Below are positions 55,055 to 64,000 of a stretch of DNA of 64,000 bases, piece after piece. Both the position numbers and the translations under genes were made by a program. How positions within the stretch are numbered: the first letter of the stretch is position 1; every line of letters begins with the position of its first letter. Under the pieces are notes generated by a model, which was not told the DNA's origin, searched no databases, and worked only from the letters and a program-made list of their open reading frames with translations. This DNA is from Folioceros fuciformis (Eukaryota): NCBI GenBank assembly GCA_049999805.1, contig JBNGIO010006345.1, positions 112,093 to 176,092 of the forward strand, given 5' to 3'.

Positions 55055-56152
55055 ATGGAGTGGCAGGACGATCGCCATGCGGGCCGGCTCAGCGGCGCGG
55101 TGGCGGGCGGCTACTATCGCCTGCCGGATGATCGGGATCCCGAGAGCCTGTCGATGGACCACGGGCTCTTCACGGACGCGCCTCTGGAGACCATTGCCTT
55201 CCGCAAAGCAGACGTTGTTGCTCTTGTTCTGTATGTGATTCTGCTATTGGCGTATGCGGGCTTGGTGCTGCTGTCTGTGTGGATTGCCGTGGTGAAGGAG
55301 CATCTGAATGCGGTTGTGGCTGGCAATGCTGCGGTTCTGGTGATAACGAGCCTGGTGGAGCGGCGTCTGAGGGAGGACATCGGGGGATTGCACCGGCAGG
55401 GATTTTTACAACTGAGCAAGCAGCTGGAGGCCATGGCAGGGCTCCCGTTTGCCGTGGTGGCCTACGGCACGGCTGGGGCTTTGGTGCTGATGCAGTGGGA
55501 GGAGGCTGTCCAAGAGGCGGTGAAGGTGCAGGCGGTGCTGTTGCTCCGGTTGTGGCTGCTCTTGGAGGTGGCCGCTGCTGCGGTATGTGCGGTTCTTTAC
55601 GCGAACAAGGTGCGGAAGCACAATTCCGCACAGCCGGAGGCAGATGCGGTGCGGCTGCTGGCCGCGGTGTTGAGGCCGCCTGAGCTGCAGGATGTGAAGT
55701 ACACGGACGGGGGGCTGGCGGAGGAGCAGGCGTCGCTGCTGCAGTATCAACAACAGAATCTCCTCTTCTACAGCAGGGAGATCGTGAAACTGCGGGAGAG
55801 CCTGAGCAAGTACGAGCAGGCAGAAGGCGGGCTTCGGCCGGGCGTGGACCCCGCGGAGCTTCTTGAAACCCGGGATCAGCAGCTGCGCATGCAGGTGGTG
55901 ACGGCCCAGCGGGACCAGCTGCAAGGGGAGGTGCGCCTTTCCAGGCGGGAGATCATGGACAGGGACGCGGAGATCTCCAGGTATCGCGTGAACGTCGACA
56001 ACCTGGTGGAAGAAAGTGCAAGGTTGCGAGCCATGTTAGACGAGTGGAGTGCCCATGCAGCCAAGGTGGAGGCCGCTCTCGAGACGGAGCGTCTTGCTAA
56101 TGTTGAACTCCGGAAAGCTCACACGTCTTCCCAGCCGAGTGATTCCTCCTAA
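55055..56152 (+). CDS. TMEM192-family membrane protein with a C-terminal coiled coil (FRIGIDA-interacting FIP1-like), intronless
   Basis: Four hydrophobic helices, then LPFAVVAYGTA, HNSAQPEADA, EEQASLLQYQQQNL..SREI..LRESLSKYE and EESARLRAMLDEWSAHAAKVEAALETER, which are typical of At2g06005-like proteins. Confidence 0.85.
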   Translation: MEWQDDRHAGRLSGAVAGGYYRLPDDRDPESLSMDHGLFTDAPLETIAFRKADVVALVLYVILLLAYAGLVLLSVWIAVVKEHLNAVVAGNAAVLVITSLVERRLREDIGGLHRQGFLQLSKQLEAMAGLPFAVVAYGTAGALVLMQWEEAVQEAVKVQAVLLLRLWLLLEVAAAAVCAVLYANKVRKHNSAQPEADAVRLLAAVLRPPELQDVKYTDGGLAEEQASLLQYQQQNLLFYSREIVKLRESLSKYEQAEGGLRPGVDPAELLETRDQQLRMQVVTAQRDQLQGEVRLSRREIMDRDAEISRYRVNVDNLVEESARLRAMLDEWSAHAAKVEAALETERLANVELRKAHTSSQPSDSS

Positions 56153-57276
56153 CACTTCCTTCCGCTAGGCTATCTCGTGTCCTACGAGCCGAGCCTAGCT
56201 AGGTCTATCTGGCATCCATTCTTTCCTCGATTCTTTCTCGTGGCCAGTTTTTTGTGGCACAGAAATTACAGACCTCGGGCCTTCATGTACAGTTCTTGTA
56301 TACTAGCTAGCCTGCCGAAGTGGTGGAAGCGGAGGTTTCGGACATCGCTGAGCACCAATTTTCTGTGCTCTGCTGAGCTGAGATTAGGTTACTTGCTGTG
56401 TTGGTCTTGCCTTCCTGGACGATCCACATTTGAATACAACTTTGCCTACCATGTCAAATTGACAGCGATGCTGACGGATTCCTCCCTTGAGACAGGCCGC
56501 CACCGAGGACAAGATCTGAAGGTTTGAAGCTTATAAGAGAGGGTGGCCTGCGGGAATGTAAGGCTGCTCTCCTCTATCCGTCATGCTTGGAATCCCTCCT
56601 AGAAACGGCGTGGGAAGAACGGACGGTTCTGATGAACCCTGGTTCTGCTAAGAGTCAAAGAAGTTTCACGACGACGCAACGTGTCAGTTACCCGTCTCCG
56701 TATGTACGGCACATAGAAAAAGCGGAAGTCCCCGGGGAAGGCCGCTGCCAGGGAACGGAGTGTAACCACATGGACCGATTAGGCCAAATGGCTGTGGTTA
56801 TATGTGTATACCCCAGAGAGATGACATGGGGAGTCGGGCATCCAGGAAGGCGGACCGGAAGCTTCGACAGGCGTCGTTTAAGAACTGACCGGGCGGCACT
56901 TCATCCGCGACAAGTGCCAGTGCCTGATTGTCCATTTCTGCCGCTGTTTGTCCGCAATTTTGAGGCGTGGGCTTGGCTGCCGGATTGCAGAGCCTTCACT
57001 GCCAGACACTGGTTGTGGCGTATTTGCTCTCGTTGGCGTGTGGACTGATGCATTCAGTGCCGAATCCTTAGCTGCCAAAGGTTGGACAGAACCTCAAATT
57101 TTTGGCCTGCGTGGGGAGGAGAAGTCGGTGCGTGGGATTGGGAATTCCCCGATTGCTAACTACTGCAGCTGGTAAGTCTCTCGGCCCATTTGATTGTGTG
57201 ATGAATCCTGGAAGAAGGTCTGGACCGGGCTGTACCTGACCTGACTTTTGCGCCTGCAGATTGAGGAGCAGGAGGA

Positions 57277-58878
57277 ATGAGTCCTCCAGCAGCAGGAGTG
57301 GCCGTGCCCGGGGAGCCGGCTTCAGCCAAGCCGCAGCCGCAGCAGGAAGCGGTGGCTGACAAATCGTGTCGGAAGTTTTTGCAGTCGCCCACGCTGCAGG
57401 CGGACCACAGCCCGCTCTCCGTCGTGGTCTTGGGGGCGTCTGGGGATTTGGCAAAAAAGAAGACCTTCCCTGCGTTGTTCAACCTGTTCCGCCAGGGATT
57501 CCTGCCGCAGCATTTGGTGAAGGTGTTCGGGTACGCCAGATCCAAGCTGTCAGACGAGGAGCTGCGTGACCGGCTGCGGGGATATCTCAAGGGGGAGCAG
57601 GTGAGCCCCGGCCTGGACCCCGCAGCCGTGGTGTCCGACTTCCTTGGCTTGGTGTCCTACACGGCCGACGCTTACGACAGTTCGGAGGGGTTCCAGGAGC
57701 TGAATGCTGCGGTGTCCCGGCACGAGGATGCCATTGGTGGCAAGGCCGGGTTCACGAGGCGGCTATTCTACTTGGCCCTGCCTCCGTCGGTGTATCCACA
57801 AGTCAGCAAGATGGTCAGCCAGTGGTGCATGAACAAGAGGGGGTGGACCAGGGTGATTGTGGAGAAGCCGTTCGGCAAGGATTTGGAGTCTTCCGAAGAG
57901 CTGAGCCAGCAGCTGGGGGAGTTGTTTCAGGAGGACCAGTTGTACAGGATCGACCATTATCTGGGGAAGGAGATAGTGCAGAACCTGCTGGTTATGAGGT
58001 TTGCTAACAGGTTCTTCATACCCCTGTGGAACAGGGACAACATTGACAATGTCCAGATAGTGTTCAAGGAGGATTTCGGGACTCAGGGGCGAGGGGGATA
58101 CTTCGATGAGTATGGCATCGTGAGGGACATCATCCAGAACCACCTGCTGCAGGTGCTGTGCCTGGTGGCTATGGAGAAGCCCGTATCCCTCAGTCCAGAG
58201 CACATCCGGGATGAGAAGGTGAAGGTTTTGCGGGCCATGGAGCCCATCAAGGACGAGGACGTGGTGCTGGGCCAGTACGAGGGCTACAAAGATGACCCCA
58301 CCGTGCCCAAGGACTCTGTTACTCCCACATTCGCCACGGTGGCCCTGCGCATCAACAACGAGAGGTGGGACGGAGTGCCCTTCATCGTCAAGGCTGGCAA
58401 GGCTTTGGATGCGAAGAAGGCGGAGATTCGGGTGCAGTTCAAGGACGTTCCTGGAGACATATTCCGGTGCAACAAACAAGGCAGAAACGAGTTTGTGATG
58501 CGGTTGCAGCCGTCGGAAGCCATGTACATGAAGCTGACTGTGAAGCAGCCCGGCCTGGACATGCAGTCTACGCAGAGCGAGCTGGATTTGTCTTTCAAGG
58601 CCCGCTACCAAGATATCGTCATCCCTGAGGCGTACGAGCGACTGCTCCTGGATGCTCTCCGCGGTGACCAGCAGCACTTCGTTCGCCGTGACGAGCTGCG
58701 TGTGGCTTGGGAGATCTTCACGCCTCTGCTTCATCGAATCGATGCGGGCCAACTGTTACCCACCCCGTACAAGGAGGGCAGCAGAGGACCCCCTCAGTCA
58801 GATGAGCTCACTGCCAGACTGGGCTATCGCCGTACACTTGGCTACGTCTGGATTCCTCCCACGCTGTCCTATATCTAG
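57277..58878 (+). CDS. G6PD: Glucose-6-phosphate dehydrogenase, cytosolic type, intronless CDS
   Basis: [45 protein letters not shown] and PEAYERL; ends GYVWIPPTL (cytosolic-type end) and has no transit peptide. Probable 5'UTR intron at 57172-57259. Confidence 0.97.
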   Translation: MSPPAAGVAVPGEPASAKPQPQQEAVADKSCRKFLQSPTLQADHSPLSVVVLGASGDLAKKKTFPALFNLFRQGFLPQHLVKVFGYARSKLSDEELRDRLRGYLKGEQVSPGLDPAAVVSDFLGLVSYTADAYDSSEGFQELNAAVSRHEDAIGGKAGFTRRLFYLALPPSVYPQVSKMVSQWCMNKRGWTRVIVEKPFGKDLESSEELSQQLGELFQEDQLYRIDHYLGKEIVQNLLVMRFANRFFIPLWNRDNIDNVQIVFKEDFGTQGRGGYFDEYGIVRDIIQNHLLQVLCLVAMEKPVSLSPEHIRDEKVKVLRAMEPIKDEDVVLGQYEGYKDDPTVPKDSVTPTFATVALRINNERWDGVPFIVKAGKALDAKKAEIRVQFKDVPGDIFRCNKQGRNEFVMRLQPSEAMYMKLTVKQPGLDMQSTQSELDLSFKARYQDIVIPEAYERLLLDALRGDQQHFVRRDELRVAWEIFTPLLHRIDAGQLLPTPYKEGSRGPPQSDELTARLGYRRTLGYVWIPPTLSYI

Positions 58879-59543
58879 ACCGTATGCAGGCGTGTACATA
58901 CGGTATACACACGACGGCGGCGTAGACCCTTTATTGACAAGGAAGCCTTTGCCTTTGTTGTGTAAACCTCTCCTTTGACGGAGGGAGGCTCTGTCCGGAC
59001 TCCACATTCCACGGCCCTACCCTGATTGAGGTGAAGAGCTGTGCCCGTGCCTGTGCCTACTACGTTTCATTTCTTGTACTGTACTGTGTGTTCCCGCGAT
59101 TCAAATCCTTGTGGAATCGAGAGCCTTAAATATGTTAGCTACTTAACTAATAAAAATTGGACCGTAAACCTTTTTTACTTCTCTAAGACTATGTACCTGT
59201 TGCACATATGACTTTTACTATTTGGTAGTTAACAGAAACATTAAGTGAATGCAATAACTACAAGAAATTAGGTATCCATTATCTGAAGATCAAGTTCAGA
59301 AATCAATCAAGAGATATACCAGTACAGGGTGATACTCGAGTGAATTAGACACATTTCTCTCCCCTCTATCTATGCAACAAGCCAACAAGGTGTAGGACGA
59401 CTGTATGTAGAAAGCAGGATTTTGTTTTGTAGGTTAGTAGGTACCTACTTAGCAAACGATACTGGGACGTCACACCTTGGTATGCGTTGGATGCGTTGGT
59501 TTGGGGGGTGAACGCTGCCGATTATCTGCACTACCTCCACTCC

Positions 59544-59596
59544 ATTGCGTTGGCGTTGGCATTGGCTTTGGCTTTGGTATTGGTATTGGCCTTTGG
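59544..59596. repeat. Degenerate hexamer repeat (TTGGYN)n upstream of the IDH start
   Basis: TTGCGTTGGCGTTGGCATTGGCTTTGGCTTTGGTATTGGTATTGGCCTTTGG. Confidence 0.8.
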
Positions 59597-59631
59597 ATCT
59601 CCCACACTCGCAGAAGAGGAAGCGGACGGCA

Positions 59632-61047
59632 ATGGCAGGACTCCAGCGGCTCCGCAAGTCCCTCCCGGCGATGCGGCTGCTCCAGCGGTCCATCACTTAC
59701 ATGCCACGCCCGGGGGACGGGGCTCCGCGAGCAGTGACATTGTTGCCCGGGGACGGGATCGGCCCGCTGGTTACCGGAGCTGTTGTACAGGTGATGAAGG
59801 CCATGCACGCGCCTGTATATTTCGAGGCGTATGAAGTGAGCGGCAAGATGGATAAGGTGCCGCAGGCGGTGATGGATTCCATCCGGAAGAACAAAGTCTG
59901 CTTGAAGGGCGGCTTGGCCACTCCTGTTGGAGGTGGGGTTAGCTCCCTAAATGTGCAGCTGAGAAAGGAATTGGATCTCTTTTCGTCTTTGGTGCATTGC
60001 TTCAACCTACCGGGTCTGCAAACTCGCCACGACAATGTGAACATTGTGGTTATCAGGGAGAACACGGAGGGGGAGTACTCAGGTCTTGAGCACGAAGTGG
60101 TTCCTGGTGTTGTGGAGAGTCTTAAGGTGTGCATCTTGGTTTCCATCCCTTCTCTGCTTGCGCCACTTTGCCTGTTTCTCTCTCCAGGCCCTTCTAACTC
60201 TCTTGCCAGGTTATCACGAAGTTCTCGTCCGAGCGGATTGCCAAGTATGCCTTCGAATATGCGTATCTGAACAACAGGAAGACGGTCACTGCCGTTCACA
60301 AAGCTAACATCATGAAGCTTGCTGATGGCCTTTTCCTCGAGTCCTGCCGGGAGGTTGCTAAAAAGTATCCCGGCATCAAGTATACCGAAGTCATTGTGGA
60401 CAACTGCTGCATGCAGCTTGTTTCCCGGCCTCAACAATTTGATGTTATGGTAGTAGTTCACCTCCATTTCCCCACATGCGTGCTTATGTCATGTTTTTCT
60501 AAGTCCTGCCACCGGCTGCTCATTGTGCAGGTAACGCCCAATTTGTATGGGACGCTTGTAGCCAACACTGCGGCTGGTATTGCAGGTGGTACAGGGGTGA
60601 TGCCAGGAGGTACACTCGAAGATGCCTACCCTTCTCAACGTTTAATGCATTTCCTGTCTTCTGTTTCAGTTGCCAGTGCAGTTTCCTTTAAGCAGTGCCA
60701 GATTTTGTGTGTCTAAGGTCTTGTGAGAAGACCACTTTGATTATAATTCATTCATGAATGTCGTTGCAGGAAATGTGGGCTCGGAGCATGCCATTTTTGA
60801 ACAGGGAGCGTCAGCTGGGAATGTAGGCAATGAGAAGTTGATCCAACAGAAGAAGGCCAACCCTACAGCCTTGTTGCTATCATCTGCTATGATGCTCCGA
60901 CATCTCCAATTCCCTGCTTTTGCAGATCGGTTGGAGCAAGCAGTAATGGGTGTTGTGGCAGAAGGAAAGTATCGTACCAAGGACCTGGGTGGGGACAGCA
61001 GCACGCAAGAGGTTGTCGACGCTGTTATAGCCAAACTTGAGAGATAA
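59632..61047 (+). CDS. IDH1: Mitochondrial NAD-dependent isocitrate dehydrogenase regulatory subunit, 4 exons
   Basis: [71 protein letters not shown] and ANPTALLLS. Introns begin at about 60127, 60450 and 60610. Confidence 0.95.
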
Positions 61048-62022
61048 GATTCAGCTTCAAGTGCTAAATCTCATCGTGCTCCGGCTGAGCCCCTGCAATT
61101 GTAGGAGGCAGACGGGAATGTACTGGAGGGTTACTGGCGACTGTGTTTGGGTTCAGGATTTATGAGGGCTTCACTTCTGTATCGAGTGGCATTGGGTTTC
61201 TACAGCCGTGACACAATCTTAGACGGGACACGGAGCGAGCGCAGCACTTACGAAAGCTAGTGTACTTGTTTGGAAAAACAGGATGTGTCGGTAGCTTTGA
61301 ATCAGCTTGGCTGGGAGGGAATGCTCGAAAAACCTGTTACAAATCTCGGGGTTCGTGCCTGCATCACGGTCATTCATTGTGCTAGTAGTGATTGTACAAC
61401 GACGTGGTAATTGTGCCGCGGAGTAGTCAAGGTGCTGTATCGAGTATTGGAGGGAAACTGTCCGTGGAAATACTAGATATTCATTCGGGGTAGAATGATT
61501 ATAGGTTTGCGTCTTGCAGATCTTTGTCTCGGTTACTTCCCACAGAAGTTTTACCAGCTAGAAGAATGTGGCCAGGCCAAGGCATATCGCATTATGCTGT
61601 GCCTTTGCCAGGGGATTTCGTGTCGCTCAATTTCTTTTTGTCCAGAGCGAAGGTGTCCAGAGTGTTTGGTATGCGTGTTGTGATACTGGGCACTGCTCTT
61701 CGCACTTGACTCATAACAAATACTAGAAAATGCTGAACTGGCGTGTGGTTGACTCGCGTTTCGTATACTCTTGTGACTAAGTAGTGCACAGATGGAATTC
61801 GGTAGCCAAGAGAGCGTCCAGCTCAGCTTGCCTCACCAACGCAGATGAGAAACCGAAGAATTGCAATAATCGGAATCCAATTTGTTAACTACATCCTTAG
61901 CAAATTTCGGCGCCAAAACATCACGTCCGTGAAAAGAAAGTCTTGAGCTCCTTAATTAAAGCCTTAACATGCAAGTATGTTTATCTACCCTACAATGATC
62001 CATTACTTTCAGACCAAGTCTA

Positions 62023-64000
62023 TCAATGATCTTGTTGTTGTTCATATATTTGCATGTAAGCCTCCGACAACGCAACCATCTGAGGCAGGGTTTCCGCCAC
62101 ATGCAAATCCTGCATTTCATACCTGCAGCCAACCGGCTCAGACATGAAAACAGGTCATCGTACGGTGACAGGTCAATAGCGAGGGTGTTCAGCAATACAG
62201 AGGTGTCTGCAACTTACCAAACTTCTTCAGACTTCCGTTGAACAAACACCCTGTAAGACCCCTGCCCTGGTTTGCCATCATGTACGAGGTTGGCTATCAG
62301 ATCATATTTTGAGCGGATTCTCTCTGTTCCTCTTGCACTTGGCAAAGGGATGATATCTTTCAGCTCCAAATTCTTCACAGGAAAGTTAACTGCAAATCCA
62401 ACACAAATCTGATGTCAAACGCCTTGAGCAGTACGTGGGAAATGACAGGCCAGCCCATGTTGTACGAGGAACCTAACGTGCAAATCAAGATCAAGTGACG
62501 ATGCTCACCCAACGTAGGGTTCTTCTCAATGAAAAATCGGTTCTTTGTGAATCTCCTCATGTGCAGAATGAGATATTGCGGAAGTCTTGTGACACGATAC
62601 CGCATCCGTGCAAGCTGCGGTCTGACCACCTCTGTTACTGATTCGCCATCAAATTTCTTCAGGATGTTAAAGAGAGGAACCTGCCAACGCGACATGGCCT
62701 GGTTAGAAGGGGTATAAACCTCGACAAAGCCATCGGAACTGAACTGCAACCTACGCCCCTTGACAGTTCACACTGCACAGCACAGAAACATTCTCAGTCC
62801 GCGCAAGTAGCGTATTCACAGAGCAATTCACCTGCGGGATGATGTTCTTCTCCATGACGTCCTTGAAAAGTGGAGGTGGTGGCAAATCCAAACCAAGCAT
62901 GAGGAATGGCATCCTACTAATCTCTTTCTCGATGTTTCTGAGTTCAATTCTAGCGTCCTCAATCTCAACCCCTTCCATACTTTGCTCATCAACTTCGTCC
63001 CGTCGGTCTGAGCTGTTCATTTGGACCTCTTTAACTACCTCCAACTCACCCTGAAAGCATTTATATATGATGCTGCTGTTTTTCTTTTTAGTTCCCGCGA
63101 GATCAAAGTGAAGAGTGTTGAGCAACCAAGACATAAACTCAACAGGATCCGACTGCACTCCAATGCGAAACCGCTTCTTGCTCGCCACCATCACTGCTTG
63201 TAGAAACTCATGAGGACTGACCTGATTCATGAGAAAGAAAAAGGTCACCATGATTAGGTCTACTAAAAGAACGATGAGTAGCCCACATCACCTGCAGGCG
63301 GGAACAATCCACTATCGACGAGTTACCTGCCCCTTGAAGTTCCTCTGGTGCCATATCTTTCTGGTCAGTTCTCCAAATCTTTGAACAAGAGGAGACTTGA
63401 CAGTCGTGTAGTTGTCTGGGATAAGGAAAAAATCTCTGAGAGGTGTCACCCGCATCAAAGACTGAATGCTGACATTCACAAAGTCAGTCTCTTTGATGTT
63501 GTTCAGACCAACCTGCAGTAACATTAAAAAGTTTCGTTTGACATTTGCAAGGAGTTGTAAATACAAGGCTTCAACATTAAACCAAACGGCAACAACACTG
63601 TATGCCTGAACGGGAGACCCCGTGGTGAAGAATCTCACATACCATTCCAGGCAGATAGTCCGAGCCATCCAGCGCTCTTGCCCAAAGTTTATTCCTGTCC
63701 AGCTGCACAACTTGGCTTCTGGTGAACCTGTACGTCGGCAGCATGATGCACTAGCAATTCAAAGCCTACAGAAACCCGCCTATTGCCCTCATTCGGTTCC
63801 ACTATCTATGCAGGAGCTGCCTTCCATGTCAAGCTCCAAGATAATGACAACTGGATCTATTCTCAAAAAGCATAAGCTTAAGTAGCTTCAATGGAACGTA
63901 CCTTGGATTCAAAACGTAACGAATGTCGTCCAAAGAAGAGTCGCTCACTTCGTACCCGTCTGGAAGGCAATACACCTTCTCAGAGTGTAGATTTATGAAC
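62023..64000 (-). CDS. USP39: U4/U6.U5 tri-snRNP-associated protein 2 (USP39/SAD1); 5' part outside the window
   Basis: KVYCLPDGYEV, VGLNNIKETDFVNV, SPHEFLQAV, QSDPVEFMSWLLN, LDLPPPPLFKD, HMRRFTKN.FFIEKNPT and YEMQDLHVAETLPQMVALSEAYMQIYE. Stop at 62023-62025. Confidence 0.95.

Noticed and set aside
57763-58752. 329-aa antisense ORF inside G6PDH, and similar shadow ORFs over the PPR, IPMS, FIP1-like and IDH genes
   Set aside because: Explained by GC-rich codon usage on the sense strand; no independent protein features.
59545-59631. W-rich N-terminal extension (WRWHWLWLWYWYW) of IDH in the ORF track
   Set aside because: It comes from a non-ATG start in the hexamer repeat; ATG 59632 gives a normal mitochondrial presequence.

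Overview
This is gene-dense nuclear DNA from a land plant, with short GT-AG introns and very short intergenic spacers. Two PPR proteins carry DYW:KP-type deaminase domains ending in DRH/DRF; with the compact layout this points to a hornwort (Anthoceros-like), which is an inference. Conserved genes, in order: RAP-domain protein, PhyH-type dioxygenase, SAICAR synthetase, TMEM62-like metallophosphoesterase, MO25, isopropylmalate synthase, proteasome beta-2 subunit, PIFI, SPT4, APC1, FIP1/TMEM192-like, cytosolic G6PDH, NAD-IDH regulatory subunit and USP39/SAD1. Four PLS-class PPR genes lie between them. Accessory material includes two STIG1-like Cys-rich secreted proteins, an intronless secreted 3D-domain (MltA-like) protein that looks foreign to plants, and a P450 fragment between two decayed paralogous segments. 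An AT-rich nepenthesin-like protease gene is enclosed by long degenerate inverted repeats, and a third copy of that repeat lies beside the 3D gene. The best leads are the 3D-domain HGT candidate, the inverted-repeat-bounded protease cassette and the two putative U-to-C editing factors. Splice models and identity estimates were made by eye, and no database search was run.
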